Program-made: the position numbers and the translations under genes
Notes under the pieces: generated by a model
Told to the model about the DNA's origin: nothing
Seen by the model: only the letters and a program-made list of their open reading frames with translations
Databases searched by the model: none
Part shown: positions 56,462 through 64,000 of the stretch, one piece after another
Position numbering within the stretch: position 1 is the first letter of the stretch
Layout: every line of letters starts with the position of its first letter
NCBI GenBank assembly: GCA_903856085.1
Contig: CAIOAT010000003.1
Location: 64,318-128,317 of the forward strand
Direction of reading: 5' to 3'
Length of the DNA: 64,000 nt
Origin: Candidatus Omnitrophota bacterium
GTDB lineage: Bacteria; Omnitrophota; Omnitrophia; Omnitrophales; Aquincolibacteriaceae

Positions 56462-57574
56462 ATGAACAGGATCAAGACTGATAACTCTTTGAAACAAAAT
56501 GAGGCGTATTACCGCCAGCTGGTCCAGGACGCCAACAGCATCATCTTGCGCATGGATACCCAAGGAAAGATCACCTTCTTAAACAAATTCGCGCAGAAGT
56601 TCTTCGGATTCACGGAGAAAGGCATGCTGGGTAAAAGCGTGATCGGCACTATCGTGCCGGTGACAGACAGCGCGGGTCGGGATCTGAAGATCATGATCGA
56701 TGATATCGTGCGCAATCCGGGGAAGTATGTGAGTAATGAAAATGAGAACATGCTTCGCAGCGGAGAGCTCGTGTGGATTTCATGGACCAACAAAGCGTTA
56801 CCGGGCAAGAAAGGGCATACCCAAGAGATCCTCTGCGTGGGGAACGATATCAGCAAGATAAAAAAGGCTGAAGAGCTTTTGAAGCAGATGGACAAGCGGA
56901 AGTCGGCTTTTGTCGCCAATGTTTCTCATGAATTCAAAAACCCTTTATGCAGCATGCGGCTCTCGCTCGACTATCTCCTCGCCGGTTCGGCCGGCGAAAC
57001 CAACGAGCAGCAAAAGATGCTGCTTAAGATCGCCCAAAAAAGCACGGAGAGACTCATCCGGTTAGTCACCGATCTTCTGGATCTTTCAAAGATCGAAGCG
57101 GGAAAGATGAAGTTAAAAAAGGAAGAGGTTCGGATCACCGCTCTGGCCGATGAAGTGATTGTCGGCAGCGGTGATGAGATCTCCAAGAAACATATGATCC
57201 TAGAAAAAGATTTTTCTGAGAGTGCGGGATCAGTTTGGGCGGATCAGGACAAGCTGACCGAAGTTATTATCAATTTGCTGAGTAACGCCATAAAGTACAC
57301 TCCTGACGGCGGAAGAATTACTCTCGGTCTTTCCGGAACAAAAAAAGAGGTTCGTTTTGTAATAGCCGATTCGGGGCCGGGGATTGCCAAAGAGGATTTC
57401 TGCAAGCTGTTCGATAAATTCGAGCGTCTGACCGCCGAAAAAGAGGAAGGAACTGGTTTGGGTCTTTCTATCACCAAGGATATTATAGAACTTCATAAGG
57501 GCAAGATTTGGGTCGAAAGCGAACTGGGAAAAGGCAGTAAATTTATTTTTACATTGCCCAGAAAATGTAAATAG
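56462..57574 (+). CDS. PAS-domain sensor histidine kinase (cytoplasmic)
   Basis: ATG 56462 with GGAGGTGAGGGGA RBS; PAS region then HisKA (VSHEFKNPL) and HATPase (GTGLGLSI). Confidence 0.75.
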   Translation: MNRIKTDNSLKQNEAYYRQLVQDANSIILRMDTQGKITFLNKFAQKFFGFTEKGMLGKSVIGTIVPVTDSAGRDLKIMIDDIVRNPGKYVSNENENMLRSGELVWISWTNKALPGKKGHTQEILCVGNDISKIKKAEELLKQMDKRKSAFVANVSHEFKNPLCSMRLSLDYLLAGSAGETNEQQKMLLKIAQKSTERLIRLVTDLLDLSKIEAGKMKLKKEEVRITALADEVIVGSGDEISKKHMILEKDFSESAGSVWADQDKLTEVIINLLSNAIKYTPDGGRITLGLSGTKKEVRFVIADSGPGIAKEDFCKLFDKFERLTAEKEEGTGLGLSITKDIIELHKGKIWVESELGKGSKFIFTLPRKCK

Positions 57575-57692
57575 AACAGCACCAAAAACCACAGCGAAAC
57601 GGGCACGCGGTCCCGTCCCATTCGACCCATAGGAAGTAGAAAAGTCCCAGGTGTCGAGGGACCAGGTTGAAAAAGCAGGATGAAAGAATAAT

Positions 57693-58298
57693 ATGAAACC
57701 TTATATTGTTGCTATGACAGGTGCCAGCGGATCGGTTTATGGAATACGGCTGCTCGAGGTACTCGCCGAACAGAAAATTCCGGTGGAGTTTGTGATCTCG
57801 GATACGGCGAAGATTGTGATGAAAGAAGAGTTGGGGGTCGAAGCCGGCGAAGGCGATCTCTTGACGAAACTCGGGATCGGGGATGCAAACAAGATACATC
57901 TTCATGATTTCAAGGATTTCACGGCACCGATTGCGAGCGGCTCTTACCCAACGGAAGGGATGGTCGTCATCCCGTGCAGCATGGGAACTCTGGGCGCGAT
58001 CGCATCTGGCTTGAGTCAGAATCTTATCCACCGCGCCGCGGATTGTACGATCAAAGAAGGACGTAAACTCATTCTCGTGCCGCGAGAAACTCCGCTTTCT
58101 GCCATTCATCTTGAAAATATGCTGAAACTTTCACGGCTTGGCGTTCGTATCGTGCCCGCGATGCCAGCTTTTTATTCTGGTCAGCAAAGCATTCAAGAGC
58201 TTATCGATTTTATGGTGGGAAAGACGCTCGATCAGATGGGCATCCCACACGCGCTTTATCCCCGATGGGTCGGAAGTCCCAGCCGCTCTCCGGAATAG
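57693..58298 (+). CDS. ubiX: Flavin prenyltransferase UbiX-family
   Basis: 201 aa; N-terminal flavoprotein motif VAMTGASGSVYGIRLLEVL; PCSMGTL. Confidence 0.8.
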   Translation: MKPYIVAMTGASGSVYGIRLLEVLAEQKIPVEFVISDTAKIVMKEELGVEAGEGDLLTKLGIGDANKIHLHDFKDFTAPIASGSYPTEGMVVIPCSMGTLGAIASGLSQNLIHRAADCTIKEGRKLILVPRETPLSAIHLENMLKLSRLGVRIVPAMPAFYSGQQSIQELIDFMVGKTLDQMGIPHALYPRWVGSPSRSPE

Positions 58299-58303
58299 AG
58301 ATC

Positions 58304-59152
58304 ATGAAAACACAAATCCGCCTCAAGATCGGGAAGATCCGCTATTTGAATTGTTTGCCATTCTATTTCGGTCTCCCGGAGATGCTCGCGGCAAAAGGGC
58401 TGGAGCCGGAAATGAGCTTTTTTGAATCGTATCCCGCCGAGATCAATCTGGCGATGCAGCGTGGGGAGATTGACGTGGCGCCTGTGTCGTCTTTGGAATA
58501 TCTTCAGCATCAGGACGATTATCTTTTGCTTTCCGACCTTGCGATCGGAACGCGGCTTTTCGCCCGGAGTGTGCTGCTCCTTTCCAAGAAAAAAATCGAA
58601 CAACTGAGTGGTTCGGTGATCGCTCTTTCAAGGGAAAGTCTCAGTTCCGCAGGTCTTGTGCGCATTCTCCTTGCGAAGAAATACGACCACCGCAATACGT
58701 TTGAGTTGACCGATCAAGATCCCGAGGCCATGCTTCAAAAATATCCGGCCGCGCTCGTGATAGGAGACCAGGCGCTTTTTTGCCAGCCTAAAGAACTGAT
58801 CTATAAATACGATCTCGGGGAATTGTGGCAGTCCTGGACCGGAAAGCCGTTCGTGTTCGCGCTCTGGGCTGTGCGCAAGGATTTTGCAGTTCGCCATCCA
58901 GAGTTGCTCAAGGCTTTTTCCGAAGTTCTGAAAGAAAATCTCCTGAGAAATCTCGCGGATACGGAAGGACTTCTAAAGCAGGCGCTTGGTATAGCACCTT
59001 CGGACAAACGATTCTGCCAGATGCTGGGTTATCTTGTGAATCTTCAATACACGTTGGATGCGGACATGAAAGAAGGCGTGTCGCGGTTCTTCGAGCTTGC
59101 TCATGAGGAAGGCCTCGCGCCCGCGCCCCAACCTCTTCAATTCTTCGAATAA
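58304..59152 (+). CDS. mqnA: Chorismate dehydratase MqnA (futalosine pathway)
   Basis: ATG 58304; periplasmic-binding-protein-like fold pattern with LNCLPFYFGL start typical of MqnA. Confidence 0.6.
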   Translation: MKTQIRLKIGKIRYLNCLPFYFGLPEMLAAKGLEPEMSFFESYPAEINLAMQRGEIDVAPVSSLEYLQHQDDYLLLSDLAIGTRLFARSVLLLSKKKIEQLSGSVIALSRESLSSAGLVRILLAKKYDHRNTFELTDQDPEAMLQKYPAALVIGDQALFCQPKELIYKYDLGELWQSWTGKPFVFALWAVRKDFAVRHPELLKAFSEVLKENLLRNLADTEGLLKQALGIAPSDKRFCQMLGYLVNLQYTLDADMKEGVSRFFELAHEEGLAPAPQPLQFFE

Positions 59153-60246
59153 TGAACCGCGGCGAAAGCATCCTCCAGAAACGCCTGAACGGCGAGAGGC
59201 TGACCCTCGAAGAGGGTGTGGGGCTTTATGCTTGCGATCTTTTAAGGTTAGGGCAAGTCGCGCAAAAGCTGACGCCGAGGCTTGTGTCAAACGCCGTCAC
59301 TTTTGTTGTGGACCGCAATATCAGCTACACCAATGTTTGTACGATAGGCTGCGATTTTTGCGCCTTTCATTGCACTCCCGGCGCTCCCGAAGCGTATGTC
59401 CTCTCCAAGGAAGAGATCCTGGAAAAAGTCCGGGAGCTCGCGGAGCTTGGAGGGACACAGGTCCTCATTCAGGGAGGCGTTCATCCGGATCTGCCGCTGA
59501 ATTACTATCTTGATATGGTTCGTGCGATCCATGAGAAATTTCCGAAGATCCGCATCCATTCTTTTTCGGCCATCGAAATGGACACTCTTGCGCAGAAAAG
59601 CAAGGTGCCCTTGCCCGAACTTTTCCGGATTTTCAAAGAAGCGGGTCTCAATTCTCTCCCCGGTGGTGGGGCGGAGATCCTTGTGGAGCGCACAAGAAAG
59701 CTCATCAGCCCGGCCAAGATTTCGTCCGACCGATGGCTCATGGTTATGCGGGTTGCGCATGACGCAGGTCTGAAGACTACGGCGACTATGGTTTTTGGCC
59801 ATGTCGAAACACTCGAGGAGCGTATTTTCCATTTGATCCGGTTGCGGGAATTGCAAGATCAGACGTACGGCTTCCGTGCGTTCATCCCTTGGAGTTTTGT
59901 GCCGCAAGGCACTCCCGGTATGAGTCATATAAAACCCGTGGGGGGGGATGACTACCTCAAGACCGTTGCAATCGCGCGTCTTATGCTCGATAATTTCGAG
60001 CATATTCAAAGCGGTTGGCTTACGGAGGGATTGAAGCTCGGGCAGATCGCGCTCGCATTCGGTTGCGATGATATGGGGGGTACGCTGATCGAGGATAAGG
60101 TCCTCGAGCCCACAGGTATCAAGGTCCATACCCGACGTGAGGACCTAATCCGCCTCATCCGAGATGCTGGGTTTATCCCCGTTCAGCGAGACACGGACTA
60201 CAGAATCTTAAAAGTTTTTGGGGAGGCGAGTGATGTCCATTCCTGA
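59152..60246 (+). CDS. MqnE/MqnC-family radical SAM enzyme (aminofutalosine synthase or cyclic dehypoxanthinyl-futalosine synthase)
   Basis: 364 aa; radical SAM Cys triad CTIGCDFCAF; family-typical length; adjacency to mqnA. Confidence 0.6.
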   Translation: MNRGESILQKRLNGERLTLEEGVGLYACDLLRLGQVAQKLTPRLVSNAVTFVVDRNISYTNVCTIGCDFCAFHCTPGAPEAYVLSKEEILEKVRELAELGGTQVLIQGGVHPDLPLNYYLDMVRAIHEKFPKIRIHSFSAIEMDTLAQKSKVPLPELFRIFKEAGLNSLPGGGAEILVERTRKLISPAKISSDRWLMVMRVAHDAGLKTTATMVFGHVETLEERIFHLIRLRELQDQTYGFRAFIPWSFVPQGTPGMSHIKPVGGDDYLKTVAIARLMLDNFEHIQSGWLTEGLKLGQIALAFGCDDMGGTLIEDKVLEPTGIKVHTRREDLIRLIRDAGFIPVQRDTDYRILKVFGEASDVHS

Positions 60247-60928
60247 TAAAAAATTTATCCGTGACACGTTTGATTCAATCACGCCACGCTATGATATGCT
60301 GAATCAGGTCCTGAGTTTCGGGATGTCGGAGGCCTGGCGCAAGCAGTCGGCGGAGATTCTTTTGCAGAATCCCGGTTTTTTTCCCAAGACCCTTCTGGAC
60401 CTCGGCTGCGGGACTGGAAAATTTCTGGAATGTTTTTTGAAAGCGAGGTCCTGGGAGAGTGCGACCGGAGTGGATTTCTCGGTGGCCATGCTTAAAAAAG
60501 CGCGTGAAACGGTCTCGGGAAATGTGATGTGGCTTCAGGAGGATTTTGATTCTTTGCCGTTTCTTGACGGGAGCTTTGACCTGGTGATCTCGGGGTTTAC
60601 GTTGCGAAGTGTCCAGAAGCTCCCGGAATTTCTGGACAAAGTTCATTGTATTTTGACGCTGGGAGGGAAGGCTGCTTTTCTGGACCTGACGCGGCCGCGT
60701 AATTTTTGGGTCCGGTTGCTGTTCTATCCTTATTTGAAATTCGTGCTGCCGCTTTTGGGATGGTTTCTTTCAGGCAACCAAAAAGCCTATGGTTTTTTGT
60801 CCGGTTCAGTCCGGAACTTCCAGGCTCCCGAGGAAACGGTCCGGTTGATGCAGGCTGTCGGGTATCGCGATTGCACGAGTAAAAGCTTTGCTTTTGGTGC
60901 GGCCACGCTTATCATAGGTTCGAAATAA
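60233..60928 (+). CDS. ubiE: Demethylmenaquinone methyltransferase UbiE/MenG
   Basis: N-terminus MSIPDKKFIRDTFDSITPRYDMLNQVLSFGMSEAWRK is canonical UbiE; SAM motif LDLGCGTG. Confidence 0.8.
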   Translation: MSIPDKKFIRDTFDSITPRYDMLNQVLSFGMSEAWRKQSAEILLQNPGFFPKTLLDLGCGTGKFLECFLKARSWESATGVDFSVAMLKKARETVSGNVMWLQEDFDSLPFLDGSFDLVISGFTLRSVQKLPEFLDKVHCILTLGGKAAFLDLTRPRNFWVRLLFYPYLKFVLPLLGWFLSGNQKAYGFLSGSVRNFQAPEETVRLMQAVGYRDCTSKSFAFGAATLIIGSK

Positions 60929-60935
60929 CTTCAAA

Positions 60936-61394
60936 ATGATGACTCCAGAAGAAAAAATCACACAATTAGGTCTGTCTCTTCCGCCCGCACCCAAGCCTGT
61001 GGGGCTTTATCAACCGTTCGTGGTGTCTGGAAAACTGGCATTCTTAAGTGGTCAGATCTCCAAGGACGCGGAAGGCAAGGTTCTGGCGGGGAAAGTTGGA
61101 AAAGATCTGTCCTTGGCCGAAGGACAAGCGGCTGCGCACCTTGCGGCACTCAATGTTTTAAGTATCATGAAGTACTTGATCGGGTTTGAGAAGATCCAAC
61201 GCGTTGTTAAGATGACTGGTTTTATCCAAACGGCACCGGATTTTTATGAAATCCCTGCGGTTCTGAACAAAGCCTCAGAACTTTTCGCGGAGGTGCTCGG
61301 CGCTCAGGGCGCGCACGCCCGTTCTGCCGTGGGCATGAGCAGTTTACCGCTCAATGCCGCAGTCGAGATTGAACTTGTTTTAGAACTAAAATAG
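60936..61394 (+). CDS. RidA/YjgF family protein
   Basis: 152 aa; chorismate-mutase-like fold pattern of RidA family with C-terminal AAVEIELV. Confidence 0.7.
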   Translation: MMTPEEKITQLGLSLPPAPKPVGLYQPFVVSGKLAFLSGQISKDAEGKVLAGKVGKDLSLAEGQAAAHLAALNVLSIMKYLIGFEKIQRVVKMTGFIQTAPDFYEIPAVLNKASELFAEVLGAQGAHARSAVGMSSLPLNAAVEIELVLELK

Positions 61395-61408
61395 CGGAAA
61401 GAGATGGC

Positions 61409-62281
61409 ATGAAAGGTTTCCTTAAATTTGTTGTCGTTTTTTCAGGCATTCTTCTCCTGAGCGCGGTTCTCGCGCCGGTGTTGCATCCTTTTCTGCCTTA
61501 CAGCTTTGCGCGTGTCTTTAACCGGCTTGTCATGGTGAGCGCGCTTCTCGCGGTCCTGATCTTTGTGAGATTTCGAAAAGTGATGTTCGTGCAGTTCGGG
61601 ATGGATTGGAGGAAGGACAGTCGGCGCCTTTTTTTGACCGGATTTCTGACCGGGACGATTGTCCTGGTGTTTTTTACGATCACCCAGCTTCTTACGGGAA
61701 ATGCCGCCCTATCTCTTCGCGATCTTTCTTGGCAAAGGTGGGTGTATAAGTTTGCTAGCTGTCTAGGCGGGGGACTGTTGATCGGAATCATGGAAGAGTT
61801 TTTCTTTCGTGGGTTCATTTTTACTACCCTTCGCGACAAGATGTTCCGGGGGAGCGTTCCTCTGGCGATGGTCGTCACAAGCCTTTTTTATGCGGCCATT
61901 CATTTTGTCAGTATCCGTAAACCTGTGATCAGCCAAGCTCCGGGGTTCATGGATAGTCTGAAGATGATCGTGGCACCTATCCAGTCTTTCGCGGACTGGC
62001 AAGCTGTGTGGCCGGCGGCCATCGGGCTATTTCTCTTCGGGATGATACTGAATTATTGCGCGGTGCGTACCCGATCGCTTTATGCTTCGATAGGGTTGCA
62101 CGCGGGAGCTGTTTTTTTTGTAAGGGTCATCGGGCTTTTTGTAGTGTTTTTGGAAAAGAACGTTCTTTTCTGGAGTACGAAAAAGGTCTATGACGGCGCC
62201 TTGGGTTGGATCTTCTTGCTTTTGATCGGATGGATCTTGAGCAAGCTTCTGAGAAAAGCAGAACCTCTTAAAATCACCTAG
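61409..62281 (+). CDS. CPBP-family intramembrane metalloprotease (CAAX protease-like)
   Basis: 290 aa; EExxxR (MEEFFFRG) and FxxxH (YAAIHF) motifs on TM helices. Confidence 0.75.
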   Translation: MKGFLKFVVVFSGILLLSAVLAPVLHPFLPYSFARVFNRLVMVSALLAVLIFVRFRKVMFVQFGMDWRKDSRRLFLTGFLTGTIVLVFFTITQLLTGNAALSLRDLSWQRWVYKFASCLGGGLLIGIMEEFFFRGFIFTTLRDKMFRGSVPLAMVVTSLFYAAIHFVSIRKPVISQAPGFMDSLKMIVAPIQSFADWQAVWPAAIGLFLFGMILNYCAVRTRSLYASIGLHAGAVFFVRVIGLFVVFLEKNVLFWSTKKVYDGALGWIFLLLIGWILSKLLRKAEPLKIT

Positions 62282-62299
62282 CTCGGAAATACTTTCACC

Positions 62300-63379
62300 A
62301 TGACCACGTTCAATAAAATTACCCGTGAAAAAGTTCTCGAATGTCTCAAGCAGGTCCAGGAGCCTGTTTTGAAAGAAGATATTGTTTCCCTCGGCCTTGT
62401 GCGAGAGATCGAGATTGATAAGAACCATGCTTTCCTTCATCTGGAATCTTCTGTCGAGGATCCGTGCCTGCTTGAAAAATTACGTCTGGCGATCGTTCAG
62501 GCCGTGAAGGAGGCGGGTGCGAGTGGATGCGAGGTGCATTTTTCAGGAAAACCGAAAGCGAAGTGCGGGGTCAGCGCTTCAGCCTGCGAAGACGTGGACA
62601 TTAAGTCCCCGCGAGCGTGCCCGGGACATGAGGCGCGGGCTTTTCAACGGATTCCCGGAGTGAAACATGTGGTTGCTGTGGCGAGCGGGAAAGGTGGGGT
62701 CGGAAAATCGACCGTGGCTGTGAACCTGGCGCTCGCGCTCAAGCAGCTTGGGGCTAAAGTGGGTTTGATGGATGCGGATATCTATGGGCCGAATATTCCG
62801 ATCATGCTTGGAATCCCGCCCGGAAAGCGTCCGGAAGGGAATGTCGAGAAGATAGTTCCCCTTGAAGCTCATGGCGTGAAAGCGATCTCCATCGGTTTTT
62901 TTGCGAATCCTGAGCAGCCGGTGATTTGGCGCGGGCCGCTTCTTCATAAGACCCTGGAGCAGTTCCTGCACCGGGTGGATTGGGGCGAGCTTGATTATCT
63001 GGTTGTGGATCTGCCTCCCGGGACTGGCGATGTTCAATTGTCTTTGTCTCAATGGGTGAGTTTGTCGGGCGCAGTCGTGGTGTCGACGCCCCAAGAAGTG
63101 GCTTTAACCGATGTCCGGAAAGCGGTGAACATGTTCCGTCAGCTCGAGGTTCGGATACTGGGCGTGGTTGAGAACATGACCGGACCGGTATTCGGAAAAG
63201 GTGGTGGCGAAAAGATGGCCGGGGTGTTTCAGATCCCCTTCTTAGGCGACATTCCTCTTGAGGCCCAAGTGCGGGAATGTGGTGACTCGGGGTTGCCGGT
63301 CGTCGTCGGGCATCCCAAGAGTCCTATCAGTGAGCGGTTCATGAAAATCGCGGAAGCGGTTCGCAAAGCATTGCAATAA
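62300..63379 (+). CDS. Mrp/ApbC/NBP35-family Fe-S cluster carrier ATPase with N-terminal DUF59/MIP18-like domain
   Basis: 359 aa; Walker A SGKGGVGKST; CxxC (later ligand region) pattern of ParA/Mrp family. Confidence 0.8.
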   Translation: MTTFNKITREKVLECLKQVQEPVLKEDIVSLGLVREIEIDKNHAFLHLESSVEDPCLLEKLRLAIVQAVKEAGASGCEVHFSGKPKAKCGVSASACEDVDIKSPRACPGHEARAFQRIPGVKHVVAVASGKGGVGKSTVAVNLALALKQLGAKVGLMDADIYGPNIPIMLGIPPGKRPEGNVEKIVPLEAHGVKAISIGFFANPEQPVIWRGPLLHKTLEQFLHRVDWGELDYLVVDLPPGTGDVQLSLSQWVSLSGAVVVSTPQEVALTDVRKAVNMFRQLEVRILGVVENMTGPVFGKGGGEKMAGVFQIPFLGDIPLEAQVRECGDSGLPVVVGHPKSPISERFMKIAEAVRKALQ

Positions 63380-63397
63380 AATACTACCGAGGGAAAA

Positions 63398-63988
63398 ATG
63401 AAAAAACAAAAAGTAGGGCAGGGGGAAGGAAGATTTGAAGGGTTGGTCAAGGAGATGCTCACGCTTCTTGGAGAAGACCCCAAGCGCGAAGGGCTCGAGA
63501 GGACACCTGTGCGTGTGGCGAAGTCGCTTCGGTATCTGACGCAAGGTTATCAGATGGATGCCAAAGAGATCCTGAAGCATGCGGTCTTTAAGGAACCTTA
63601 CGATGAGATGGTCATCGTCAAGGATATCGAGATCTTTTCACTTTGCGAACACCACATGCTTCCTTTTTACGGTAAAGCCCACGTCGCCTACATTCCGAAC
63701 GGGAAGATCATCGGACTTTCCAAGATCCCGCGCCTCGTGGAGGTATTCTCCAAGCGACTTCAGGTCCAGGAGCGCCTGACGACGCAGATCGCGGAATGTT
63801 TGATGAAGGCGCTTCAGCCGAAAGGCGTTGCAGTCGTGATCGAAGCGTTGCATCTGTGCATGTCCATGCGCGGCGTCAGGAAGGCCGATGCTTACACCAT
63901 TACCAGTTCCATGCTCGGCGCTTTCCGCAAAGACGCTCGCTCTCGCAGCGAATTTCTCAGCTTGATCCGGTTGAAAAGGGAAGAGTAA
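63398..63988 (+). CDS. folE: GTP cyclohydrolase I (FolE)
   Basis: 196 aa; conserved CEHHMLPF and zinc-ligand region. Confidence 0.85.
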   Translation: MKKQKVGQGEGRFEGLVKEMLTLLGEDPKREGLERTPVRVAKSLRYLTQGYQMDAKEILKHAVFKEPYDEMVIVKDIEIFSLCEHHMLPFYGKAHVAYIPNGKIIGLSKIPRLVEVFSKRLQVQERLTTQIAECLMKALQPKGVAVVIEALHLCMSMRGVRKADAYTITSSMLGAFRKDARSRSEFLSLIRLKREE

Positions 63989-64000
63989 AAAAGAGGGCCA

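Noticed and set aside
1-64000. CRISPR arrays, integrases or transposases, prophage or defence-island signatures, other tRNA or rRNA genes
   Set aside because: No spacer-repeat periodicity, no recombinase-like ORFs, no flanking direct repeats around the tRNA-Leu, and no additional cloverleaf candidates were seen. The window appears to be core chromosome.

Overview
This is a gene-dense bacterial chromosomal window with roughly 55% GC and nearly all genes on the + strand. The presence of LpxA points to a diderm organism. A tRNA-Leu(GAG) at 14408..14489 and about 75 CDSs are supported. No CRISPR array and no obvious mobile element were found.

The first 13.7 kb is a composite [FeFe]-hydrogenase island. 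It holds:
- a GltD-like oxidoreductase (3' part only) translationally coupled to a first HydA;
- rex and an AhpD-like CxxC protein;
- a four-gene Hnd-type set: a NuoE-like subunit, a small [2Fe-2S] ferredoxin, a NuoF-like subunit and a second HydA;
- the full maturation set: a TM1266-like ACT protein, an aspartase-family lyase, then hydF, hydG and hydE.

The rest is mostly housekeeping:
- GDP-mannose synthesis, uppP and rlmI;
- a Zn-ADH plus class I aldolase operon on the minus strand;
- an NFU1-like Fe-S scaffold;
- trpS, scpA and scpB;
- an aromatic amino-acid block (pheA, an aminotransferase, a DAHP synthase, tyrA);
- rpsA, fabF, lpxA and tyrS;
- a run of translationally coupled genes from a Gld-like ABC transporter through yggS, proC, yggT and a purine nucleoside phosphorylase;
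- ileS and a two-component histidine kinase, response regulator and HD-GYP module;
- a dksA-like gene, lspA, lgt and an rluA-family gene;
- a late-step menaquinone (futalosine route) cluster: UbiD-like, UbiA-like, UbiX, mqnA, mqnC/E and ubiE;
- RidA, a CPBP protease, Mrp/ApbC and folE.

The features that look least described are:
- the uncharacterised conserved members of the hydrogenase maturation operon;
- a small module at 22.6-24.5 kb: a basic mini-protein, a 56-aa CxxC-x17-CxxC zinc ribbon absent from the ORF track, an Arg-rich protein built on a 30-nt DNA tandem repeat, and a CdnL-like regulator whose start sits in a triple-motif palindrome;
- a repeated palindromic intergenic element present twice in opposite orientation;
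- a YugP-type metallopeptidase homolog that has lost its HExxH motif;
- a zinc-finger-less DksA with a lysine-rich tail.

All calls rest on motif-level reading of the translations. No database search was run.
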